Source: Dicyema japonicum (taxonomy: Eukaryota > Animalia > Dicyemida). Taken from it: 64,000 nt of DNA. The notes under the pieces were generated by a model, which saw only the letters and a program-made list of their open reading frames with translations, had not been told where the DNA came from and searched no databases. The stretch spans positions 714,589 through 778,588 of the forward strand of contig RDEW01000021.1 in NCBI GenBank assembly GCA_011109175.1. Reading direction: 5' to 3'. The position numbers were made by a program, and so were the translations under genes. Below are positions 25,408 to 43,002 of the stretch, one piece after another (the first letter of the stretch is position 1; every line of letters begins with the position of its first letter).

Positions 25408-25733
25408 TATTATTTATTAATTAAACCCGGATACACCGAGAAAGAAGTTAAAGTAAACAACTAATTAAGTGTATCCAGTTTCCACTTCTACAGAAACAGA
25501 GTCCATCCGGAATCAACATAAAAGGTAAGACGTCCATTACATGCAGTTGTGGAAACCCCTCCAGTGGAGTGGGGGAGAGCAAATGATCCTTTTTCGTGCC
25601 GGCCTGGCACTGGGCGCCACCTAGACAGGTGGATCACATGACGGCACTCTATTAGGAAGAGAGATGAGAAACAGACAAGCAAAACATAAACTTCAATCAA
25701 TTAGACACGAAGCACCACATGGCGTCACACGGC
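25408..25733 (-). mobile_element. Full-length ~320-bp non-autonomous retroelement
   Basis: Starts GCCGTGTGACGCCATGTGGTGC and ends CTCGGTGTATCCGGGTTTAATTAATAAATAA; homologous to 8301-8624. Confidence 0.85.
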
Positions 25734-26769
25734 TATTTTCAAAATCTTAATCACTTTAATACAATTTAATTAATTTTTGTTTCCTTGGTTAAAAATATTG
25801 TTTTCCTTAAAAATAAAATTTATTAATTAAAATAGTTTAATTACCTTCAAATAAATTAATTAAAACTGCAAATAAAATTTTATTATGAAATCTGCCAATT
25901 CTCAAATGTGCCACAATTTCGCTGGAACCAAAAGCGGCAAATTTGAGACATTTTTTAAGTGATTAAAATCATTGACATATTATAATATCTGGGGATAGGA
26001 GTTGTGAAAAAATAGTGATACAAATTGGCCAACTTTTAATAAGAAAAAATAAAAATTTAATTAACACATGTTTTCCAATTCCTCTCGTGGACACTATACT
26101 CAAATTATAAAAAAATGATGCTATTTCATGCCAGCAGTATCAACCATGTTTTAAATCTTCAAATAAACCAAAGTCTCCAAGCCTTGAAGAGAAATCGGTA
26201 GAGTGGATAAAGGTAGTAGAGTATAAAGGTACTTTTTGAAAAATCAATTTTCTAGGTGGTTTTCTGAATGATGCTTTAATATTTACTAAGGCGTCATTTT
26301 TTCTAATGAACAACTCAGTGATTTCAAGAATTCTAATAGATTTTTGGGTAGATTCAAAAGAGACACGGATTCAGAATGCTCAAGTTAGTGTATTTTTTTC
26401 AGTTTACTATTCTTACTGGAAATTCTTTAGAGAATTCAAAAAATAGTTAACAAGAATCTGAAAAAATACGACCTGTAAGCAAAAAAGATAGTTATAACTA
26501 CAATAAAGAGAACTATTCACCAATGTTGATTATGAACATGAGTTTCTCTAATTTCTTCAATAAGAAAGCACAAAGCAAGAAAAAACATTTAGGAATTATA
26601 TTTTTTAATAAAACTTAAGGACATTTGTTTATTTAAGGGATTTAAAAAATTCATTGTTCATTGTTATTCAAAATTATTGATTTTATCAAATTGGCCACAA
26701 AATTCTAAGGAACCAAAAATGACCAATTTGCGATTGTCGAGTGTACAACATTATTAGGAACGTGGGGGA

Positions 26770-28400
26770 TTAATAGCTAATAATTTTTTGTTCCTCCTCA
26801 AGGCAGTTATATCTAGGGTTCCCCAGTTTTGCCCAAAAAATATCCAAACACAGACTTTGGTGCATCAGATGCTTTCCTAATTCCGAAAGTTCCCGATCCA
26901 TTGTCTCTTTAATCCAAGAAAGGAAATAGGAGGTTAAATCCATATTGAAAGATATAGACATACGATTACTATATGCAGGCTAACTGGTAGTTAGCTCTGT
27001 TTCTGCAAGACGGAGTCTCACTAGCCTCAGACAGTCTTCATTTAATATGTTGGTTAGCATGTTCATCAGTTTTTCAATAGGTCTGAGATTTTATAATAAT
27101 CCTTCTTTTTCCTAGGTTTTAGTGGTAGTAGTACTCCGTGTCCTATGAGAAAAGGGCTATGCAGTTCAAAGCATTTGTTTAAAAATTCCGCGATAGTTAT
27201 TCCAACGTATTCCGAGGCAAATTCTAACAGCTTCCAGAACACCCTCGTAGCCGACCGAACGGTTATTTTTCAGCAGACTAAATGCATTGATCACCTCTTT
27301 TATAATACCGGTAGACAGTGGATTCAGTGTTTCAGTGAATTGACTGATCCTTGCATTGCTAACTTGGATTAATGTCCTGAAATTGTGGCCAATATGATTT
27401 GCTTTGTTTTCCTGATTAAGTATAGGGCGACCCAACTTGTCACATACTTTGACAGATGACCTTGGTGATCCCTCGTTAGAAGTTTGACTGCAGCAAACAT
27501 TCGACTCCCATATTGTGTGTTACTGACTTTGTGTGTTTTTTCATCCAAGTATTGAGTCTAACTCCTTTGCTTGGTTTCTTATTTGGTGGAGAATTTTATT
27601 CCATTTTTTCTTAGAGTGTCCCATTTTGACTATTCGGCAGTCCCAGCTTCAAACAAATTTTCTTTTGGTCTTCAGATAACTGTCTGATTGTAGGGTCATA
27701 TAGCAAGGATCTTTTCATGCCATTTCGGCAAGATGTCCCCCCGTAACTTCTCGAATCCAGTAGTAATNAAGAATTGACTCATTAACTCCTTTGCTCGGTT
27801 TCTTTTTTGGTGGAGAATTTTATTCCGTTTTTTATTAGAATTTCCCATTTTGACAATTTGGCAGTCCCAGCTTCAAACGAATTTTCTTTTTGTCTTCAGA
27901 AAACTTTCTCATTGTAGGGTCATATAGCAAGGATCTCTTCATGCCCTTTCGGCAAGATGTCCCCCCGTAACTTCTCGAATCCAGTAGTAATATTTTAGGT
28001 GAATTTGTGCAAAGGATGTAGTCAATCTGGTTGGACATTGTTAAAGTTTGCCAATTAATCCCGCATCGGTCGTCTTGTGTTTAGCGGGATGTTCAATACT
28101 CGCACTGAAATAGGCCCATTGCGCTGTAGAAATCAAGAAGGGACTTACGGAAAGATTTCAGAATCCTTTTCCATGCACTCGTAAGCAATCCTAACCATTT
28201 CTTGTTCGAGATAAATTCATATAAAAATCGTCCAGTTCCGCCATGTTTGCTGAAATTCTGCCAGTGTGGGGGGCATATACATTGATTATTGTCATCAGTG
28301 AATTCTTCCTAGACGGGAATATCCGGATTACAGCAATACGGTCATTGATGTTGCATACTTTTTGTAGACGGTCAGTAAAAGTTAGATTATTTATTTATTT
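26770..28400 (-). mobile_element. Decayed RTE-like LINE (endonuclease end and RT start)
   Basis: SNQIDYIL (APE end) and EVINAFSLLKNNRSVGYEGV (RT domain 0). Confidence 0.7.
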
Positions 28401-28619
28401 AAAAGTTAGATTGATTCCAAAACCAAGGGATAGTGACAAATAACCACTACAAGACAACAAAATAAAATATTATTTATTTGACTTTTTTAAATAAATCAAT
28501 TTATTGGAATTAATTATATCAAAAATAATTAAATTAATCTGGGAGTTGGAATGTTTCCTCTGACAATAGCTATCTAGATATGCTCTCAAAGCCATCCAGT
28601 CTCACATGGATGGACTTTC

Positions 28620-29130
28620 GACTTTTTTGTCTTCAATAAAAAAATCTAATCCAAACGAGAAATAAGCTGAAGAATTTTGAAAGACAATCAGTGGACGTAA
28701 CTGAAAGGATATCAAAACTGAACAAAGATATCACGCGGAACATCACAGAACATAACAAAAACGCTGGGAAGCCTTGAACATCAAAGCTACGAACAATACT
28801 TCTCCCACTGTATTATGGAAATCAATAAGAAAGCTCAAGAAGTGCTCTCCATATTTAATTGGACATTGAGAGTCATGTCCAAATCCCAATGACATTATGA
28901 AGTACTATGTGAATGTTAGACATTAACAATATTCAAAAGACCTGGATGTTCGTTATGGCAATGATCGATAGAATAAATGTCCCTACATGTCTTTTGTCAT
29001 GGTTGGCTAACTCCATCAACTGTCGAATGGACCAAGTGGTGGGAAACAACCAAAAATCAAAACCGCGATACCTTCCAAATGGGGTTCCACAAGGATCACC
29101 GCTGTCTCCAATGGTCTTCAACATGTAAAA
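28620..29130 (+). mobile_element. Internally deleted fragment of the 2A-LINE family
   Basis: Near-identical to 37930-38200 and 39505-39720, then jumps to LPNGVPQGSPLSPMVFN. Confidence 0.8.
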
Positions 29131-30109
29131 ATTAATTTGTCGATAAAATTCCAACCCAATCTTAGAGTTTATCACAATTGGTTGATATGATATCGGGGGA
29201 CTTATCAAACATTGAGGTCAAATTATAATTTTCAGTAATATTTTGATTTTTTTAGAATTTGGTAGATTGGTTAATGCTGTTGACGGCTATCCCAATTAGC
29301 CTATCAAGTTTTATTAGCGACAGATGAGCGAAGATCTTTCACTTTGTGTGGGATTTAAACCTTTGTACTTAGTTTGTCCTGGACTACTCTCCTTTATCCA
29401 GAACTTTGGGTTTCCGATTTCTCTTGACTCCGTAATGAGATGAAGAAAGTTGGTTTTCATCAATTATGAAACTAAAATTTCTTCCAATAGAGGTACACTC
29501 AACTTCCGGTCAATAAACTACTCACAAATTATTGATTACCCCCATTGGTCATTAATTATTGATTACCCTCATTTGCCCTTTTGAAATATTGGTTGTAGCA
29601 ATGACTAGGGATGTTTCCTAGATCGAAGAATATCTGGGGGATTACAAGATTATCCTTATAATTATGAAAATGGTTATTTTAGTGATAAAGATTATATGTA
29701 TATTCCTCTCTACCAACGGTGAAAGCATTATCCGCCGCAAAAATGACGGGAGAGGTTAAGGGGAAGAAATACCTAGATCTCTTCGACCAGTTCACATTCC
29801 GCGCATTTGCTGTCGAGACAACTGGCAAAATAAGCAGGAACTATTCTTCTTTTCACAGAGCCTGGAATGTCTGTCAGAAGCCATGACGTCCTTGAAACTC
29901 AGTGACTTCCTCAGTTGATCTCTATGAAATGGTTATAACCAATAATCAAGTGATATTTCACATCGATTTCAGCCCATGTAACGAATCCATGAAACTTGAC
30001 GTCTGCTGATGACAAGCCCAAAAAATCAATCCCCCGTTCATCCTTTGGAAATGGGCACTCGTTGTTAGGAATGGTTATTATTATGGCAATCTAATTAGCT
30101 GCAACCACA

Positions 30110-30390
30110 ATAATTGTGGTAAATTTTAGTTTCACGTTATACTCTACAACTCATTCGATTACTAAACGGTCTCGGCTGTTCCTCCTCTCTTTTGCCATCA
30201 ACGATCCAATGCCACGAGGAAGGAAAGCGATTGGGACCTGGAATTCCAGCGTTTTCAGCTGCGGTGGGCTTAAACACATAGTCCTACTAAAGTATCGCAT
30301 TTTAAGGGTTTCGGCTCTCGCTGGTACCGATTCTGGGTGAGTGGGCATCAAAGGAAAAAGACATCTACACAAGTACGTCCGATGCAAAGT
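30110..30390 (-). mobile_element. CRE-like RLE domain fragment
   Basis: LMPTH...ARAETLKMRYF...FQVPIAF..GIG matches the RLE tail. A similar plus-strand fragment (KKYLDL...FRAFAVETTG) lies at ~29760-29830. Confidence 0.5.
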
Positions 30391-30711
30391 ATTTCCCGAT
30401 CTTCAACAGAAAAATATAAAAATTCAAATAATTAAGAAAGACCAGATAAACTCTCAGATTTGACTCAATTGCAAACACGAGCTTCTGATGATCGATACAG
30501 GTAGCTATATAAAATATTCCATTCATTAAATATTTATTCATAAAACTATATATTGTGTAAACAATAGAAATTAATAAAAATTAATTTATTATAATTAATT
30601 TACATCAAAATTCAATTTAATAAAAAAACTAAATTATGAATTTTTAACAAAAGCATATATTTTTATTTGGTTAACCCGAATTAAATAGAATATTAGAACA
30701 TTTTACAATCA

Positions 30712-35844
<5,133 letters not shown>

Positions 35845-35939
35845 TAATATATTTTGTTTGATTTAAAAAAATTATTTTTGCAAAAATAAATATTACAAAT
35901 ATTCATTCTTGTATTGGGAACATCAAAGATAATAACAAG

Positions 35940-36870
35940 GTGGATTTGTTTATTTAATAACCCCGAAAAGGGAACACCAAGAAAGAAGGAGTGAACCAAC
36001 TAATTAATTGATCCCGGTACGCCTCAACAGGATCGAGAGGTTTTTCCTGTGTTCCTCCAGAGTACCCATGGCTTTCCTGAATAGACGACGATCATCTTTC
36101 ATTAGAGTTTGAAGAGGAGTGGGTTTTTTCCCAAAATTTCGTGTATTTGAGGCCTCTAGCCTTGAATGGAAGAAACGAATTGTTTCTTGGCCACACAGAC
36201 CGATGAAGCCGGAGCCATTATTTTTGATTGCGGCGTGGTCAAGCATTGGGGGGAAAGATCGAGGGGTAGATTCGTTAGACGTGCTAGTTTGCCAATTAGG
36301 GAATTGATCTTGAGTGAATTTGATATCGAAGCTCCATAGGCCCATGAGGCACAAGCATACTCAATCGTCGGTTTTAGGAGTTGATTGAACACGACGAGGG
36401 CGCATTCCTGTGACGGCCTGGACTTCAAGAGCGGTTTGATTATATTAAGTTTCCTGAGACCCTTTGTCATAACGTTCTTCACATGTTGAGAAAATGTCAT
36501 CAAAGGGTCAAATGTCACTCCCAGGATAGTTGGACGAATCTGTAGTGGTAAGGAGTCTCCATAAATGTTCAAATCCAGTGTATGTTTTTCTTTTCTGTCC
36601 GTGGTGAAGATTGTATACGTTGATTTATCCCTGGATATGGAGAGACGATTCAACTTTAACCAGGCTCCCAGGTCGTCAATATGTGACTGAAGCTCTGATT
36701 TTGCTGCACCCACGTATTTGTTCCTGCTAGCGATGATTAGGTCGTCAGCATAAGTGAGAAGCATTGAATCTGGTCTTCCAGGGCAGGGTAAATCGTTGAG
36801 GAATAAGTTGAATAACGCCGGAGAAAGGGGCGATCCTTGAGGGACGCCATTATTAAATAATAAAAATAAA
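35940..36870 (-). mobile_element. 5'-truncated APE-LINE (RT to 3' end)
   Basis: NNGVPQGSPLSPALFNLFLND...LTYADD...ILGVTFD. The 3' tail reads TTCGGGGTTATTAAATAA. Confidence 0.92.
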
Positions 36871-36887
36871 GGTGGATTTGAATTCAT

Positions 36888-38215
36888 GCCGTGTGACTCG
36901 CCTACGTGGTGACATTGCTCACTTCAAGTATTGAAAAGAGTCGCAAACTCCCTATCCCCCAATCATGGATGCGCGGATGGTGTCGAATCCTACTCTTTTT
37001 CTATGGAGATGTCGAGGAAAATCCTGGACCAGATCTAGTCACATTAAAAATTAACATCAATTGTATCCGAACTACAACGTTTTCTCATAAAACACTCGGT
37101 GGATATAGGTTTTTTCCAAGAGACGAAACTTAACCTACGGCGATCAACCCCCAACTTTCCGGGATACTCCGTTTTCAGATGAGACAGAGGTCATGGAAAT
37201 GGAGGAGGCTTTATTACGCTAATCAGAAAGCATATAATGACCAGAAATATTTTGAATGACATCTCGGACCCCTCCCGCCAAGACAACACATTGGAACATC
37301 TAACGCTGAGAATATGCCTTCCTTCTCTCCGATTGACAGTTATCAATTTGTAAATACACCCTCCACCGTCTGCCCCAGCGGCTACAGCCCCGAACTCAAG
37401 CGATTCACCAAATTGGAAAACACGCTAATTGGCGGTGACCTAAATGCGAAGAGTTCTCAATGGTATGCTGACCAACAACTGGATCAAAGGGGAGCCCTCA
37501 TATGCGACAGTTTTGACGACCTGATCATTTTCAATAATCCAAGCAAACACACAAGGACCTTTCCCGTCAAGGCGACTCCCCTATTTCACCCGACATTTTT
37601 CTTTCCGCTCTTTTTCTTGCGACTGTCATTTCATGGGATGTTATTTACGACTTACATACCGACCATAACCCGATCTTCATGAGGATCCCACAAAAACATA
37701 AGTTAATGAACACTCCGAGAACCAATGTGAACTTCTCAAAGGCAACATGGCCCGCCTTCAAACATTTTATCGAAGTACACCATCAGGCCTTCCGGGTAGA
37801 GAACTTCAGATCTATCGACGCTGCTGTCAAATAACTCAACGAGATTATATTCTGAGCTCGCAAAAGATACATTCCGATGGGTCGTCCTCAACGTCCATCA
37901 CACCCAATTGATGCTGAAACGCGAGATCTAATCCAAACGAGAAATAAGCTAAGAATTTCAAAAGACGATCAGTGGACGCAACTGAAAGGATATCAAAACT
38001 GAACAAAGAAATCACGCGGAACATCACAAAACACAACAAAGAACGTTGGGAAGATTTGCTCATCAAAGCTACGAACAATACTTCCTCCACTTTATTATGG
38101 AAGTCAATAAGGAGGCTCAAGAAGTGCTCTCCACATTTAATTGGACATCGAGAGTCACATCCAAATCCTAATGACAGTATGAAGTACTATGTGAATATTA
38201 ATCATAAATAGGGAA
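36888..38215 (+). mobile_element. 5' part of an APE-type LINE: structured leader, 2A peptide, APE endonuclease (frameshifted)
   Basis: ATG 36969 MRGWCRILLFFYGDVEENPGP|DLVTLKININCIR, then FFQETKL, GYSVFR*DR...GGG and GGDLNAKSSQW, which are APE motifs. Confidence 0.88.
36969..37031 (+). other. 2A (StopGo) ribosome-skipping peptide
   Basis: GGA GAT GTC GAG GAA AAT CCT GGA CCA (37005-37031) = GDVEENPGP, an exact D[VI]ExNPG|P consensus. Confidence 0.9.
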
Positions 38216-38299
38216 AGTTATTTCTAGAACTTAAAAAAAATTTTAGCGCTAAAAAATCGCAAAATTATAATTAAAAAAAATAGCACTTAAAATGATAAA

Positions 38300-39481
38300 A
38301 TCTAGCATTTAAAATTGTAAAATAACTTAAAATAATAAAATATAAATTTAAATTTCATTTATTGTAATATAATAAAAGGTAATGCTTGACATTGTCTGGA
38401 TGGAAGTTTCTATCATTTTTTAAAATAATTTTTATCATTTTGATAGCTCTTCCAACAGATTCAGAGAATGCCTGAGAGCGTGAAAGAGAAAAATAATCTT
38501 GTTGGCTAATTTTTGGTTCAGTCATTTCAATAATAGGCTTAAATCCATTTTCCTCCATTCTTTTATTTACATAATTTTTGATATTTGCCTTGTCATTATC
38601 AAATGTAGTCCTTGTATATCATAATTTGCCCGATAGATTGAGTACTCACAACACTCCGAAACTTTAAGAAGATCTACTATTTGCGAATAATTGAATATGA
38701 TTTCTGTTAATTTAAACTTAGTATCCGGATTGTTAGCATGATGCTTAGTATTTGATACTAAAACTCCATCTGACCGAAATGCGTTAACAATTTCAAAAAT
38801 TATTTCAAAATTCATGAAATAATATTTCACTGCTTGAAACCAACTTCCCCATCTTCATAAATTAAACAAAAGAATACCTAGCAATTACCACATCAGGTGG
38901 GTCCTCGAACAAATTACGACGTTTTCGGCTTTTTACTGTGGCAGCTTTAATGCTTGCAATTAAGCCACCTATTTCCAAATATGCACAGTTTATACGTAAA
39001 ATCGTATTGTGTAACAAAAGATTTTGCTCGAAAGCGAACGGTACCAATTAGAATCACTACAAAACTTTTTCTTCGGTTATCTGTTTCATCAATTATTATA
39101 AAAATCTTTTCGTTTCTAAAAGTTAAAAATAAATTTTAATCCGTTAATAATTTTGTCAATTCATTTATTTTTTTTCTGCAAGAAATTTGACCGTATTCTG
39201 CATGAAAATTCGAACGGAATGTTAATTTTTAAATTTTTAAACATTTTTTTGACCGAATCATTATTTAATTTGTATAGCAGGATGTTTGCTTGTACAAAAG
39301 CTTCCGTGATCGTTTCATTGACCGAATCTACTTTGATTGATTCAGTTAATGTTGTTTGAACTGAATTACATGAATGTATTAACAAATTTATACGCATATT
39401 GTTCTGATGTTTTACAGAAGAACGATGAGAATCAACTGAAATTTTTTTGAACAGTTGACTTTGGATAAACAAAGAGAACAA
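38300..39481 (-). mobile_element. hAT-related (CGGBP1-like) transposase remnant interrupting the 2A-LINE
   Basis: TEAFVQANILLYKLNN and PPDVVIARY resemble the AF..ANIPL.KL.N and P.P..TRW motifs. Multiple stops. Confidence 0.55.
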
Positions 39482-39504
39482 AATAGAAGGCCATCATCAG
39501 CAAT

Positions 39505-40760
39505 ACAGAACTCATCAAAGCTACAAACAATACTTCCCCCATGTATTATGGAAATCAATAAGAAGGCTCAAGAAGTGCTCTCCATATTTAATTGGACATT
39601 GAGAGCCATGTCCAAATCCCAATGACATTATGAAGTACTATGTGAATGTTAGTCATTAACCATATTCAAAAGACCTGGATGTTCGTTATGGCAATGGTCG
39701 ATAGAATAAATGTCACTACTTGAATTTCTTCGACCTTTCAATGGTCCACTCAGTAATCAGAAAAATTAATAACTCTTCGTCCCGCGGTTCAAATGACATC
39801 TCCATTCTCGAACTGAAACGCCTGTGTCCTTCCGCGAAAAAAAACAAACCACCAAACTGCCCGTCCTCTTACCGCCCGGTATCCATCATCTACCCTTTAT
39901 CACAAATGTTAGAAAAAATGATGCTTCTTAAAATCCGTCCTTTCATAACTATACCATCTTCAAAATGTTCATCTGTGACCTCCCATCTCCAACCACCAAT
40001 AACACAATTATTTATCGTATGCGGATGATCTAATTTTCGCAGTGAAACATCGAAGAATCGAGGAGGCGACATCGAAATATCAGTGCAAGATCCACTAAAC
40101 CTGATGGGTCTTTGGTTCCTGAAAAACGATCCGAATATATCACCAAAAAAGTCACATATAATGCCGTTTTCCTCAGCACGAAAAGAAATACAGTCAACAC
40201 CACGAATAAAATTGTATGACTCCCTGCTTTCCATTAAGAAGACCCTTTCAATCCTTGGAGTCATCCTGGATCCTCTTTTCACATTCACTCATCAAGTGGA
40301 CCTAGTAACCGCGAGGATCAAAAAATTGGAATTCTCAAGGTTCTCACTCACTCTCCAATATCTTCCCGCCCATCGTTAGAACGTATATACAAATATTTCG
40401 TTCTACCGAGTATCGAGTACGCCTGTGCTGCATGGATTGACCCCTTATCACTATCGGCACAGAGCAAGATGGAAGTTTTACAAAACCGATGTCTCAGAAT
40501 ATTATTGAGATCCTCGAAAAATACGCCACTTCGTTACTACGGAGAACACTAAACGTCCCCCCGATCATGGAATACCTTACGGAACATCACAGGGACTTCC
40601 TCAAGATGGAAAAGTCCCATAACCATCCCCTCGGGTCGGACATCAAGCTGTATATGAATGCCTGCCAGAGATACGAGAAGAAACCTCCAGGACTCCGAAC
40701 CGCAGGAAAAAGACTGGTATGGACACCGGGATCACATAATTTAATGATAACTTTTATCCT
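39505..40760 (+). mobile_element. 3' part (RT) of the 2A-LINE family
   Basis: KPPNCPSSYRPVSIIYPLSQMLEK...LSILGVILDPLFTF...; ends GACACCGGGATCACATAATT. Confidence 0.85.
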
Positions 40761-41023
40761 CTTTCTCTTGATTTCTGGGTTGATAAAATAAATAAATAAC
40801 AAGGCACTTAAAGGTGACGCCGTGGAAATCCACTGCGGAACTGGATTGTCTAAAGGGACATACACACAAGAAAAAGAAAACAAAAATTAAAGATCATTTT
40901 TTGGTTCTCCCTCTACGATTAGTTACTATAACTGTTCTTTACTTAAAAAAGTGTTTGTTCTGTATGAGCGAAACCCTAGGCATTTTACGTGTTTATGACA
41001 ATGCGGAAGTGCTTACTTTTTAA

Positions 41024-41312
41024 AGGTAGCTTAGTGGTTAAGCTGACGAGATTAGCTATGAGTTTGATTTCCAAACAGCTACCTACCTGGTTGGATTCTT
41101 TTCTGCTCTATGCTTTCTTCCACCTGTCTCAGGAAACGCTTAGTGTCTGGCCGCCTTCTAAAAAAGGATTTTCTATTCCCCTCCAATGGAAGAGTATCCA
41201 CAATGGGGATATGGATGGGCATGTTATCTAGAAAGGATGCGTGTGAGAACTGTATATATAGAAGTCAATTAACTCTTAATCCATTTCCAGTATATCCGGG
41301 GTTATTAAATAA
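41024..41312 (+). mobile_element. Diverged SINE copy with a tRNA-like head and the same core and tail as the 320-bp family
   Basis: Head GGTAGCTTAGTGGTTAAG (A-box-like)...GAGTTTGATTTCC (B-box-like)...GCTACC. Core TTCCACCTGTCTCAGG...AAAAAAGGATT. Tail GTATATCCGGGGTTATTAAATAA. Confidence 0.6.
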
Positions 41313-41599
41313 CTAACAAGGGACGTCATCACTGAGTTTAGATTCGACAATTATTTCCCTATAACTTTATGAGAGAAGTGACTTGATATTTTCCCTTTTA
41401 AACAAAGTCGAACTGCTGATTTCTAGTAATAATTCGACAAGCCAGACAAAAGCGTACGAAGACAGGTACACGGAACACAACCTTCGCTAGATGTTTAACC
41501 TTACAACCAGCAAATGTGGGCTATCGAAATTCATAATGATTAGTTAAATCTTTCACAAACCTTTATTAGTTTTAATGAATCTTTAAAGTAAATAGATCA

Positions 41600-43002
41600 A
41601 TTTATTCAGAACCTCGGGGTACCGAGAAAAAAAGACTAAGTTTAGTCAAACAGTTCGGTTCCCATTTAACGTCTGTGGTGCCCATCGCTACCTGGAAACC
41701 TATTTTCTTTTATGGAAAATCAATTGGAGAGAAGGACATCTGGGCCGACCTAGTTTCCTTTGTCTGGACAGAAATAAACAAAGTAGGTATCTTCCTTCTT
41801 AACACTTCGGAGGAATCGAGACCCGCGTCTACATGTCGTACATTCCAAGGGTAGATTAATTTACAAACTTGTACTGCCTACTATGCGACGAGGTGGCCAG
41901 TGTAGTGAATTAACTTCCTTAAAATACCCCCTGATATAGCTGGAATGGGTTTTATTCAGTTCCTCAGGTCTAAGTGAGACGTTTTCTTTAGCAGCATCGG
42001 CTCCTTTCCAAGTATCTGCCATCATGGGAACCCTTCCCCTGGAAAAGAAAGGAGAAACCCTTTTTGGATTGCAGTCAAGTTTAGGCGGTGGATCTAATGA
42101 CGCTTCAAGGAATTGAAGAAAGCAAAAAAGGAACGGGTAAAGAGTTATCCCTCATGACCACTGGATTCACTCTTCCGCGTTCCAGCAATCCGGTTTACTG
42201 TTTCGACAGCCACGTCTAACACTTGACATTCCACGTGAGTTATTTTATCTTAACTATCCAAGAATATCCATTAATAATAGAAGACCCAGAAATATCCCTA
42301 ACAACTCTAATAACCCCACTAAACACAACAACCAGTAAGGCACAAATCAAACAGCAGGACTAATCTATAAGTAATAAAAATTACCTGTCACTCATAAAGT
42401 CACCGTAGTAACCAGTAATAGTGAACAGACTCACATACTCTCCAACACCCATATAATGCTGCACCAATCTCACCATCAAAAATGTCCCCACCAATATTCC
42501 CCCACAGCACACAAGACTTAGGAACATGTAGTAAATCAGCAACAGGAGAACTCTATTATTAATACAAGTTCAAACTCTGTCGATGGGGAAACTGAAACTA
42601 AATCTTAATAAAACCAATACTCAAAACTTTATCCGATACAATTTTATTTTTTACATTCTTAGTGGTAATCCGTGACGTCACATTGCCTGGCATAGTCGTA
42701 GCCTTTGTGGTCTCCAAGGTCGAGGATTTTGTAAAAGAGGTGGGAGCAGTGGAATTTGGAGTCTTTATCGAAGAATTCGGAAAGTTTGTGTGAGAATTAG
42801 GACCAGTTATATTCGGAGTGTTTGTTGAAAAATTCGAAGACTCTGTAGTCGTTGTGGTCGAGAATTTGGTGGAAACTTTTGTAGAAATTAAAGAGTATGA
42901 ATGATTCGCCTGAGTTTTTGTTGAATTTTGTATTGTTGCATTAAAATTGTGAGCATTGAAAATTAATAAAAATGCTAACAACTTTATTTGTATTGGCGGC
43001 AT
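41600..43002 (-). CDS. Signal peptide plus Ser/Thr-rich (mucin-like) ORF followed by hydrophobic mini-exons; possible surface membrane protein or two adjacent genes
   Basis: ATG ORF 43002-42598 has a hydrophobic leader and T/S/N-rich tract. Downstream frames VLLLLIYYMFLSLVCCGGILVGTFLMV and SCCLICALLVVVFSGVI are separated by GT-AG segments of ~23-25 nt. The splice path is not resolved. Confidence 0.45.

Noticed and set aside
42400-42520. Claudin-like W-GLW-C motif (YGCWRVC)
   Set aside because: It lies in a frame that stops immediately, and a different frame gives the longer hydrophobic reading.
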